A stretch of DNA of 64,000 bases from Octopus sinensis (Eukaryota): NCBI RefSeq assembly GCF_006345805.1, contig NC_043005.1, forward strand, positions 93,806,001 through 93,870,000. The letters run 5' to 3'. The position numbers and the translations under genes were made by a program. Below the pieces are notes generated by a model that saw only the letters and a program-made list of their open reading frames with translations, made no database searches and was not told where the DNA came from. Shown here in pieces: positions 13,908 to 25,589 of this stretch (the first letter of the stretch is position 1; each line of letters opens with the position of its first letter).

Positions 13908-15101
13908 CTACATTACAGTCAAAGAAATATTTAAAACATGTTTAACTTTTCAACAATTTGGCAGGGCTGATGACATAGTGGCCTACAAGAGAAGAGAGAC
14001 TCAAACAGCCTCAAAAACTATCTTTTTTATCCATTTCCATTTCATCCAGAGATTTCCAGCCTTGAATTGGAAAACAGAGCTTGCTCTTTCAATGATTTAA
14101 TTATCAAGAGATTTGTTATACTCAAGTCATAAATTTCAATATCTCAAGATGTTTAAATAATATTGTATTTGCAAGGGAAAGGGATTTCTCCTGAATTTAT
14201 GACTCAGAAAAAAAAACAAAAAACAGGCATTTGTATATTTGTAAAGAGCATATGAAAGTGATTAAAATTGTTAAATCTAAGAGGAGCAAGTTGACATGGG
14301 CTGTAAGTTCTTGACAAACCAGTTTGGTTACATGTCATAAAAATGCTGTTTACTCTTGCCCTTGGCATGAACATCCCAATTCCAATCCTTTGAAGTCCAT
14401 TTCTCAGCTTAAAAATGCACCAGTTCAATACAAAAAAATATATTTTTAATTTTATTTAAAACCTGTGCAATTTCACAATACAGATGGTGAGAAATGAAGA
14501 TGCTCATACATAATTAAGATCGGTGTTGCTGAGGAGCTGGTTTTTCTGACCATCTGGGCAAGTGTCTTGAACTATAGCCTGGACTGACCAAAGCATTGTG
14601 ATTGAATTTAGTAGACAGAAACTTTGAGAAGCACATTGTGTGGGTGGGGTTGATCGGGGTTTGTACCATATGATACTAAGAAACAAGTATCCTTGTCATA
14701 CAAAAACATGGTCCCGGGGCATCATAACACTTTGGCTGGAAACAAGAAGGGCATCCAGTGGTGGAAAAGGCTCCACCTCAACCAACTCCATCTGATGTAT
14801 GCAAGCATTGAAAGGTGAACATTAAAAGAATGATGATAAGAGTACAAAACAGTGCGATATGGTTCTTTGCTTTAACATTTTGGTGATGCTTTTAATGTCA
14901 TTGATAAAACAGGATATGGTTTGAATTTCCTTCTGAAGACAATCTGAAGACTTTCAGTTCAGTAATCAATCCTCTTTAAGCAGTCAACCACTACACAGCT
15001 ATTGCATGGAATGGTAATAATATCCCATTTTATTCAATTAACATTTGATAGGAAAATTAACAAAAAGATTAATGGGATTAGGATATTAATTAAAAGGATA
15101 T
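13908..15101 (-). other. U12-type intron with AT-AG termini, 1194 nt
   Basis: 5' ATATCCTTTT. Branch TTCTTTGAC with A at -12. 3' end TAG. The junction gives in-frame DKI-P-GSIHSV. Confidence 0.88.
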
Positions 15102-15186
15102 GAATCTTGTCAGGAGCACCAGTATCAAGACAGTCCCGAATTTGGTAAATTTCAGTATTGAGGCCATCTTGTTTGAAAAGGTCTTC
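15102..15186 (-). CDS. OCRL: OCRL-like RhoGAP-like exon (EDLFKQDGLNTEIYQIRDCLDTGAPDKI)
   Basis: ttacag acceptor, 85 nt, EDLF and IRDCLDT motifs. Ends at C|atatcctttt, a U12 donor. Confidence 0.93.
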
Positions 15187-15646
15187 CTGTAATAGAAGAG
15201 AATTTTTTAACTGAATATTTCTTCAAATTTTTATTACATCACACATTTGGCGTCATAAATTCACAAGTTATTACACTGCAGCTTTGCTGAAGTGTGGCCA
15301 TGGAGAATTTTATTTGAATGAATTGACACAATACTTATCCTATCAGTCTCTTTTGCTGAACTGTAAGTTATGGGCAGGTAAACACACCAATATTGGTTGT
15401 CAAGCGGCAGACAAAGATACACACACACATAATACACATGTATGATGGGCTTCTTTCAATTTCCATCTACCAAATCCACTCATAAGGTTTTGGTCAGCCT
15501 GACACTGATAGAAGACACTAGGCCAAAGTGCCACGGTGTGGGACTGAATCCAAACCATGTGGGTGAGAAGCAAACTTCTTACCACACAGGCAGATCTGTA
15601 GTTCACTTGACAAATGTGATTTGGGACTATTTCATTGTATGCCTAA

Positions 15647-16162
15647 CCCTTCGTGGGCTGGTGGGGTCCCAAGGGACCCCAGCAAATTTTAAAAGTTAGG
15701 CAACTTTTACATTTTTATTTAAACGATTTTATATCTCATGACTTTTGTTGCCAATAGTTTATGTACGCACATAGAAATTTGGAGTTAAAAATTTCCAGTC
15801 ATATGGATGTTATAGCATAAAATATGGTCATTGGGGTCCAATTGGACCCCATTGGCCTTCTGTGAAATTATTCTTTCCTGTTCCTTTTTCAGACATTCTG
15901 ATGAACTACAAGTCAATTTTCTTTGTATTCGCACTGGTATGAATCAATGTATTTTTTCTTTTATTCTTTTTGTTTTTATTTTATATTTAGTGTTATATGT
16001 ATAATTTATAAAACTATGAAAAAGTGCTAAATTTCTTGTTCTGTATCATGTGCTCACACATATTTACAAGATCAAACAAATATTACTTTATGGGTAGTGC
16101 AGAAATAAAAGTGGACCCTAATGGCCTTTTGTGTAATTCCAACTCCACCAGTCTATGAAGGG
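15647..16162. mobile_element. piggyBac-like MITE, about 516 bp
   Basis: Imperfect 20-bp TIRs (CCCTTCGTGGGCTGGTGGGG vs reverse complement CCCTTCATAGACTGGTGGAG). Degenerate TTAA flanks (ctaa and tcaa). Internal palindromes at 15663 and 15833. Confidence 0.7.
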
Positions 16163-16799
16163 TCAATACAAATTTGAGAGTGAAATTATTTGATAGACAG
16201 AAACTGTATGGAAACTAGCTCTGTGTGTGCAGAGAAACAGTGACTGTATTTATGTCTTGCAGTTCAGTGGCTTCATTTTGTGTGAAGACGAATGGAACAA
16301 AAATACATTACTTGTGAAAACAAAGGCTGGGGACGGAGGGCCCAATCCATGCCAGCATAGAAAAAGAAAATGCAGAAAACAATGATGAAATATACAGGCA
16401 TAGGTGTGGCTGCTGGACCAAGCAAAGCTGTGGGGTTAAAAGGTTGCTTTGCAACTGTGTGGTTTTGGGTTCAGTCCCACTGCACAGTACCTTGAATAAA
16501 TGTCTTCTATTACAGCTCAGGGCTGACCAGTGCCTTCTAAATGCATTTGGGAGACAGGAACTGTGCAAAAGTCAGTCGATACACACATGTGCGTGTGTGT
16601 GAGAGAGATTGTGGTTGACCCCACCACACCCAACAATAGTGGTTTATGTCCCCATAACTTAGCAGTTCAGTAAAAGGAACTAACAGAATAAATACTGAAT
16701 AAGTCCAGGGGATGATTTGCTCAACTAAAACCCTTCAAAGTGGTGCTTCAGCATGGTCATAAGCCAATGACTGAAACAAAGAAAAGTTAAATGATAAGA

Positions 16800-17545
16800 T
16801 ATATGAAGTGGGATGTGGTGGTCAAACATGACCTACGTACGTTGGGCCTCACAGAGGCTATGACGAAAGACCGAGATGTCTGGAGATATGCTGTGACTGC
16901 GAAGACCCGACAAATAACAGGAGTTCATGGCTTGCAGGACGGCCTGCTGTACTAACCTTGGATTGTAGGGCAACCTGCTGTGCTTGAGGAAACCTATTGA
17001 GTCAAGTACGTCAACATCAACATCAAGATATAAATCAAATGGATATTGTAGTGGTGATACCTGTGCCGGTGGCACGTTGGGCCTCACAGTGGAAATGACG
17101 AAAGACCGAGATGTCTGGAGATATGCTGTGACTGCGAAGACCCAACAAATAACAGGAGTTCATGGCTCACAGGACGGCCTGCTGTACTAACCTTGGATCA
17201 TAGAGTGACCTGCTGTGCTTGAGGAGACCTATTGAGTCAAGTACATCAACACCAACATCAAAATAAAAATCAAATGGATAATTGTAGTTAAGTTACCTGT
17301 GCCAGTGGCACATAAAAAGCACAAACTGATCGTGGCCGTTTGCCAGCCTCCCCTGGCCCCTGTGCCGGTGACACGTAAAACGCACCCACTACATTCATGG
17401 AGTGGTTGGCGTTAGGAAGGGCATCCAGCTGTAGAAACTGTCAGATCAGACTGGAGCCTGGTGCAGCCTCCTAGCTTCCCAGACCCTGGTCAAACCGTCC
17501 AACCCATGCTAGCATGAAAAACGGACGTTAAACGATGATGATGAA
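16800..17545 (+). mobile_element. RTE-type LINE 3' end with internal 235-bp tandem duplication and (GAT)n tail
   Basis: Coding tail KTWDVVV..GLTxxMTKDRDVWRYAV appears twice (units start at 16839 and 17074). The 3' UTR ends in gttaaacgatgatgatg. Confidence 0.8.
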
Positions 17546-18071
17546 ATGTATAGAAAGCAATTGTTTACTTTGTGGCAGTTTACATTCTATACAAAACTAC
17601 AAACATTCCACAAGACATTATAGGAATTAGCTTTGAATAGAAATTCCCAAATATTTACCTCAAGAAAATAGAATGGCAAAATTGAAAGCCTTCTTATTCA
17701 GCTGGACATTTCTTCAAAGCTGTATTTTATGGTGTCATAATGAATGGATGGATCAAAAAATATAGTCAGAGTGTAAGTATAATATATGGATTGTCTGATG
17801 TATCTAGAAGTTGTCATTGTCTACCTTGATTTAAGTTCTGACCATGTGAAGCCATTGGTTCTATATTTATCGGATGGAAATCTGATATTTGAAAATGGAT
17901 TATTAGAGCAAACTAATAGATGTAGGGATGCTTTGTACTTTCAGTTAAGAAGAGTAGTAAAACAATTGCCATAGCATGGTTTGAAGTGGCAACTCCTCTG
18001 TTGTAAATCTTATAAATTAACCTTACAGTCAATGAGTCACCAAAGAAGTCACTAAAGTATAGCTTTCTTAC

Positions 18072-18188
18072 CTGTGATCGACCATATTTAAACAAATGAT
18101 CAATTAAACGCCAAATCTCCTTTGGGACTGCATACAACCGACCTCCTGTGGCAGCAATGTCCACATCCTTTAAACTACCTGGCTGTTC
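18072..18188 (-). CDS. OCRL: OCRL-like RhoGAP-like exon (EQPGSLKDVDIAATGGRLYAVPKEIWRLIDHLFKYGRSQ)
   Basis: ttcag acceptor, CAG|gtaaga donor, 117 nt. VPKEIW..DHL motif. Confidence 0.96.
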
Positions 18189-21100
18189 CTGAATAAAAAG
18201 TTGAAACAATATTTAAGTAACTTGTAAAAATTGAATATATTGAACATTGAGAATGTCATATGTATCACTTTCTCATTTCAACGATACCCACCTCCCATTT
18301 CTATTAATTTCCATCTAAATATCATCATCATTATTTAACATCCATATTCTATGCTGGCAGAGGTCGAATGGTTGAACAGGATCTGACAAGTAAGAAAGCT
18401 GCATTGGACTCCAATGTCTATTTTGGCAAGGTTTTCATGGCTGGACAGCCTTCCTAATGTGAACCACTTCAGTAAGTATACTGGGTACGTTTTTGGTAGC
18501 CCTAGCATTAGTGAGGTAGCTTGCAAGACAAAATCCCTTTGTAGAGTGGAGGTGGCTTTGTGCCATGTGTTGAAAGGGCAAGAATAGGGGTCTTGCTGTA
18601 GATGAGATACATGGCTACCACAGCAAGGAAGGGAGAAAAGATGGTGTTAGGATGTACCCTAAAGATACAAGAAGGTGGATAAAAAGAGAACAACTGAGAA
18701 TTGGGAATGGCTGGATGGGTAAATTTATGAGCGGGAAAGGAGAATGACAGATGGTAGAGATGACAATAGAAGTGAATATAGATCTTTCTTTTTCCTCCTT
18801 TTCATTCACAAAACGAAGTAATGAAGGTCAGAGTGTTTGGCTATTAATCCTATTTTCACAAATTCCCTCCAGTTCTTTGCAGTTCCCATCACCCCAGTGA
18901 GAGATGGGAAACAACCCTGCTTGCCCAATCTTTTTGCTGTCACAGTAAAGCAGCTTGGACAATTGTTAAGCATTACTTGTTAACTTTTGCTTAAAGAAAA
19001 TACCCCAATTATAAGGAACAAAAAAAAAAGACTACAGAAATATAGATATTTGTAGAAACGATCCAGCCTATGCTGCAGCAAATATAACTGTTTCTTGCAA
19101 ACATGTATGTCTTGGTAACAAGTCCCATGCATTCACTAAATTGTTTTAGATGCTTAAAAGATCTCTTAGTCCTCCTACCTTTGACCCATTGATGATATGA
19201 CAGCTGGAAGAGGAGAGAACTGCATCAGTATGAGGCTGGGACTGAATTCCTGCTGAGCAAAACTGGACCAACACAAAACAAAATAAATTTCTGAAGGACA
19301 CAATGTGCTGCTTGGATCAGGAATCAGACCGATGACTTATTGAGGCCAACAACCTAACTACGAAGCCATGCACTGCCACAATGCAAAAATAGTCTGTAAA
19401 CAGCAGAGAAAAGATATTTAGTGAAGTCCACAACTCTTCACTATATTGCAAGTATGAAGCTCTTGTTTTGAAAAAGAGAATTAATAATTTCACCAGTTGT
19501 ACATGTGAGAGAAAGTGAAGTTTAAAGAAAGGGGTTGAGAATTCACAGATAAATTGTCTGTTTTAAAGCTGATCACACAAAGTGAAGAGGGAGTCTGTAT
19601 AATGCAGTGCATCCTAAATTGGAAGTTTAAAAATAAGGGGGAAAACCTGTGTCTCCATAGGGTACAATGGAAAACATGACCTTACTTAGAATCAGTCAAG
19701 TGAGGGTTGACATCAGAAAGGACATCCAACCACAGAAAATATGCCACATAAATGTACGTGTATATATATTTTCCTAAGCGCAGGCATGATTATATAAGGT
19801 CATTTCCTGACCACATAGTTTCAGGTTCAATCCAGCTGTGTAGCACATTGGGTGTTTTCTGCTACAGCCCTGGGCTGACCAAAGCTTTGTGAGTGAATTT
19901 GCTAGGCAGAAACTAAAGTGCATCATATATCCAGATACCTGTGGAAGTGCTTGTGCCTCCTTAGCCAGGAGGGAAATGCATGTGTAAGCAGTCTGATTCA
20001 TACAAGTGACTGGTAAAGGTAATTATGAACGAGCTTTAAGAGTTCCTTGCTGCTACATACACCCGGCTTTTCATGAGGGGTCAAAACATCTAAATGGTGT
20101 TAGCCTAAAGAGATTTATGGACACATCCTACCCAACTCCTCTACTATTATTGCTCAACATAGAGCAGGCCCTGTTATCCACTGCTATTGCTATGGACAAC
20201 AGGCCACATTAGATGTTATATCTGTGAAACTTCTGCATCGTATTAGAGGACAAAGACCATTCAACTGTATTGATGTTATTGGCTGAGACACAACATGAAT
20301 TTGTGGAGTCACCAAAGCTAACTGGGACAGAAAGTCTTGCTGCAATATTCTGGAATCCTTACAATTGGTTTACAAAAACAAAAAAAAAAAAAAGAAAAGA
20401 AAAAAAAGAGAGAGAAAGTTTACTGAAGCAAAGAAGAGAGAGAAAGCTAATGTCTTTAACTGAAAATGTAATTTATGATCCAACTGTTACTGTGCAAAGG
20501 GACTCCAGACTCCCAGCCCATGAAGTTATTACAACTCACTGGTCTGCTTGAAAGCAGATTTTTATTAATGTGGGGATGATGATGATGATAAATTTGTAGT
20601 TCTGCCAAGTAAACAAGAACATTAAAATTCAAAGATGAGGTCACTCCTGTTTCTCCCCACCCCACTCTCTTCTATCAAATAAATTCAGGTGTTTAGTTCC
20701 ATATTCCAAATAAAAAAAAAAAAAAAGGTATTTATTATATCATTCATACTAGAGAGAAAGGCCACTCAACTGATTAGCACCCAATCACTTACAGACCCAC
20801 CCCAGATGTGCTGTCTCCTATTTGTACCTTTTCTATTGAAACTATAATGGATTCTGTTCTCGGGAGCCGGCTTGTCTTGTACCTCTTTCACTGAGGCACA
20901 ACTGGCCCACTTGTCTCTCAACAGTCCCATTATTTCTAATCCTTCCTCCCCCAAACACCAGTCTCTGAAATCTTCTCTCAGCTCAGATCTTTCCTGCAGT
21001 TTATTGATTTGCAACAGTTCAATTACAACAATAATGACATCAATTTCACTGGTCATAGCTTTTGCTTCTTCCTCCAGACTAAGCAATCAAAAAAAAAAAA

Positions 21101-21323
21101 AAAAAAAGGGGGATTGCGAACGTCTTTATCACAGTATCACACGTTGGAAGTTTATTTTGTAGTGGTAGTCAGCTGTGTCTGTTGTTGACTAACAAACATG
21201 AAAAGAAATGTGAACAACGGTGACTGTTTTGAAGGAATTCCTAGACAATTCAAGACAAAATGGAGAAAGATAAGACCCCCACACACATACACACTAAACA
21301 AAATGTTTTAAAGTACAACTCAC

Positions 21324-21434
21324 CAAATCTATCAGTTGAGCCACAGGCACTTCTCGGATTGGTTGTTGCATTTGAATCAGAGCTTCTATAGAAGATCCAA
21401 AACTGGTTGGAATGAAATTACCTGATACTGTGAT
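21324..21434 (-). CDS. OCRL: OCRL-like exon ([37 protein letters not shown])
   Basis: Preceded by ttctttaac-ttacatac (U12 branch site plus AC), TTG|gtgagt donor, 111 nt. PIREVP..LIDL motif. Confidence 0.94.
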
Positions 21435-23717
21435 GTATGTAAGTTAAAGAAGAAACACTATCACCAAAACTGTAAAGAGTATACGTTAAGGGTGTCAAGA
21501 AAGGGTAGACTGTTACCTTTACAAGGGAGATAGGACAACTATTTAGGAAAAGATATGCAAAAATCATGATGGCATACAATACATCTTTCTCTTTTTTGCA
21601 GATTTAACACATGATGGCATCTCCTACAGTGGATTTTGGTAAAATTGAAGCACAGGCGGTCATGAAGTTCCTCTTTTTGCAAGATGAAGGAAAATATGTG
21701 ACTATGGCTTCGAATTGGTAGACCGACCACCTTACTCTCCTGACTTGGCCCCCTTCGACTATCATCTCTTTCCACAACTGAAGAAACAAAGGAATGAAAT
21801 TCCACTCCAACTCAGAAGTGATTGCTGCTACAGAGGTCTGAGTCCTTTTTACAGAGCTTAGAAAAACTGAAGGACCACTGCAATAAGTGTGTGAATCTGA
21901 AAGGGGGAATATGTTGCATAAAGTCATAATTAACTGATCCTTCTGTGTTTTCTTTTACCCAAAGCCAGAAACTTTTTGGCAACCCTGTACAAGGCAGATA
22001 ACATTAATTTCTTGCTCTGTTTCTCATTTCTCGTTTGTAATGGAATCATTACAGAATTGTGGTTTTTGAAGTTGAAAATTTGCAACAGGTATTAAGAGTT
22101 TTTACATATTTGTCTCCTTAGTATCATGTACAGTAGTTATAAGTTAGGGGTCGAACATATGGCTCTCTTTTCATATCTTCTTTCTTTTCTTCCTTTGTCT
22201 CTCCTTGGAATCTCTTCCAGTATTTGATGAAAGACTATCTTGAATATTATGGCTCTATAACGTTTTTTCCTTCATTGAACATCAACCTAATAATATTAAC
22301 TGTGAATGTCCCTTGGACTTCTGTCGTTTTCTGTATTTAAGTTGCTTTATATCTATCAACACACACCTTTCTCTATCTTTCATTCTTACATAACTATTAA
22401 CATTATAATGTGTCTTTGACATTTAGAAGACAAATAATAAGTAGTTGTGACACACTTGTCTTTTTTAAAGATATTCACAACGTAGAGAAAAGCTGTTTTC
22501 CAAGTAGAAACTGATACCATGCAATAAAACTAACACAATGCATTAGGGTATTTTCCAATGATACTTTACCAACTAACTAAAACCTTGAGAATGGATTTGG
22601 GAGATGGAAACTGAAAGAAGCCTCTCTGTGTGTGTGTTTACATTCATGCATCTGGAAATTGTTCCATTGTGGGTGGGGACATTGCTGCTATTTCCCCTGC
22701 AGCTGTGTTGTTCTCTGGCTTTGCATTTTCAAAGATGTGTAACGAAAGATATCTTTAACTTGAAAAACAGGTAAGGGTTAGCAACAAGAAGAGCATCAGC
22801 TGTAAAACAATGCTTCAATAATATATTTGTCTAACCCATGCTGGCATGAAAAAATGGATGTTAAACAAAGGCCAATAAATGAAAAACTATTTTATAAAAA
22901 GAAAACTTAAATAACCATCCAAAAACTTTGCAATAACTGCTACAAAATACTACACAAAGCATAAAGCTAGCATCATTTGCTTGTTTGTTTAATGTTTCTC
23001 CGTGCTAGCATGAGTTGGATGGGAATTGTGACCAACCCCTGCCAGTTTTTTAGGTAAGGGATTTATGTATTCTACAGATGCTTGAAGTAACCAGTCATTA
23101 TGTTAGTAAGGCATGTCAACATTACCGCCACATGCCTAAAACAATCAATAAACCAACATGTATGCACACAGGCACACATACACATGTCCACTTTCTCATG
23201 CTTGCATGGTCCAGACAGAACATCTACAGTTGCATGCACTTCCTGTTGCCAACCCTCACCTATTTCTAAGAAAAGTAATATTTCAGTATGACCAAGGACT
23301 GGAAACAAACAACCTTGCTGGGAGATAGTGAGGCTCATTTACAATTAACATGTGATGTCTAGAGAAAGGTATACACACATACACATATACGACAGGCTTG
23401 ATACAGTTTCTGTCAGCCAAATTCACAAGGCAGCTGACCTGGAGCTCTAGTAAAAGACACTTGCTCAAAATACTGTGTAGCAGGGGTTGAACTTAAAACC
23501 ACGTGGTTGCAAAGTGAACCTCTTAGCCACATGCTGATGCCGGCACCGCTATCTAGAAACATTTGTTTACAATATCTGTAAGTTTCGGCTATGCATATAA
23601 AATCCGTTTCTTAAAATACCATTGATAATTGGCTGTGACTTGACTAACATACTACTGTTTTTCTATTTACTGCTATCATGTTATGCTGTCCAACAATATT
23701 GTCTATTAGAAGGATAT
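21435..23717 (-). other. U12-type (minor spliceosome) AT-AC intron, 2283 nt
   Basis: 5' ATATCCTTCT. Branch TTCTTTAAC at 21451-21443 with As at -11/-10. 3' end AC. The junction gives in-frame KDCF|ITVSGN. Confidence 0.92.
21490..21989 (+). mobile_element. Internally deleted mariner transposon relic
   Basis: KIEAQAVMKFLFLQ at 21641 is joined to GFELVDRPPYSPDLAPFDYHLFPQLKK (YSPDLAP at 21733). Right TIR-like end ...tttttggcaaccctgta. The left end is degenerate. Confidence 0.85.
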
Positions 23718-23842
23718 AAAACAATCTTTGCCACCAATAAGGTGAAGCACCAAGATGTCTTCAATTTTATCTTCATGACTGTTTAGTTCAGAAACAGTTT
23801 CCTCATCAACGTACACCTCTAGCTCCACCTCTTGCATACCAT
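23718..23842 (-). CDS. OCRL: OCRL-like ASH-domain exon ([42 protein letters not shown])
   Basis: ttgcag acceptor, 125 nt, [11 protein letters not shown] motif. Ends at TTT|atatccttct, a U12 donor. Confidence 0.94.
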
Positions 23843-24219
23843 CTGCAACAGAGAAAGAAAAAGGCACCAATTATTAACTCTTTTTGTTACCATTTCTCTG
23901 TTGAGATACACTGATTTTGTTTCAATTAAGTTTAAAAATAAGAAAGAATTTAGTAAATCAACCTTGTCGTTATTACGCTAGAACTTGGAATATAAATTAA
24001 CATGGAACATATCTTGGAGATATTAACCGTTTCTCCTTCCTACCACAAACACAACAAGTTGAAAGATCAACTCGGTTATTGTAATAAGGCACAAAGAAAA
24101 ATCAGGAGGCTCTGACTTCAGAGACCCAATTAGAACAAAGAGGTCAGTGAATGAAGATGATTAAAGAACATTAAAGTGAAAAGGATAATAAAAAAATAAT
24201 ACATGATGAGTTTTCTTAC

Positions 24220-24316
24220 CTTGCTTAATAAATGCTTTATATGGAGTAATCTTCAACCAGGGCTTGCAATAACTGTTTCCATTTAACTTTTTAATGAACT
24301 CAAATTCAACTATCCC
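24220..24316 (-). CDS. OCRL: OCRL-like ASH-domain exon (GIVEFEFIKKLNGNSYCKPWLKITPYKAFIKQ)
   Basis: tttattag acceptor, AAG|gtaaga donor, 97 nt. YCKPWL motif. Confidence 0.95.
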
Positions 24317-25589
24317 CTAATAAAAGAAATAAAAGGGTCATTTTATTTCAAAGAGTTTAAGGAGTCATCATCATTATTATCATTTAATGTCCATCTTTCA
24401 TAGTCACACAGGTTGACTGCTTCGACGGGTTTCAACAAACCAGAGAACTGCAGTAAGCTCTAACGACAGAAAGGACATCCAGTCAGAGAAACCGTGCCAA
24501 AGCTAACACCAACTATTTTACTTGGTACTAGCACTAGTGAGGTCACCAAGCAACCTGCAAAACGAGACCCCTTGACTGAGTGGAGGTGCAGTATCAACAG
24601 GGGTGGCTTGTGCCATGTGTTGAGAGGTGAAAGTGTGATGGGGGAGAGGAACTGGTGCCATGCTGTTGCGGAGATACATGGCTACACCAGCTGGAAAGGG
24701 AGAAAGAGATGGTCAGGGTGTACCCTCGAGGTGGAGGTAAAAGAGAATAGAGACACAAAGGGCCAGGAACAGTGGATGGGTAAGTTAGCAAGAGTGTGAA
24801 AGGTTAGTGGCAAATGGACAGAAATGAAAATAGAGGTGAACACAGTGAATGAAGGACAGAATTAGAGGTATGGTCAGTGGAGAATCTCAATTGGAATGTG
24901 AGGAGCAGGGGAAGGTAAGGTGAAGGAAAATTGGAGTGGGGTCAGGGAGGAAGTGGTGATAAATGGTAACATATACAATAAAATTATAGTAATTATATCA
25001 GAGGCTTTCTGGAGTCACTTCATCCATCCCAATTCACTCAAATACAATGCAGAGTAGCCTTGAATCTTCTCCTACTCAAACCGTCCCCACTCTCCTCCTT
25101 ATTATTGACTTTCTTTCATTGACCCCTAACACTTTCTCTTACTCATTTTCCCTATCAGTCTCTCCATTAGTCTCTCAAGACCTCACCTAAACCCATCACC
25201 CACTCTCCCATTCTTTCTCTCTCGGTTGTGCGGGTTTTGCAGTCTAACATTAAGTGCCACGTAAAAGGCACCCAACATGCTCTGTAAAGTGGTTGACATT
25301 AAGAAAGAAGGAATCCAGCCATTATGGGAACCATGCCAAAAGTAAGGCACTGGAACAAGATGTGCGTCTCCAAACTATTGGATTCTTTCAAACTATTCAA
25401 CCCATGAATATACATCAATGATGACGATGGCTGCATGAAGATGAATTTATTTTGTTGCCACATGGTCACAAGTTGTCTCTCACCCTGTGGAATCTTGGGT
25501 GAGTGTCTTCTACTATGGCTTCTGTCCAACCAATGCTTTGGGAATAGATTCAATAGATAGAAATTGTATGGAAGCCCATTGCTAACTCC

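Noticed and set aside
20766-21086. 106-aa minus-strand ORF as a gene or LINE ORF1
   Set aside because: It starts at a non-ATG codon and has no diagnostic motif or splice support.
23718-23730. Canonical GT donor inside TGT TTT instead of the AT donor
   Set aside because: GTTTTA is a poor U2 donor, changes phase and leaves no matching AG. The U12 signals fit at both ends.
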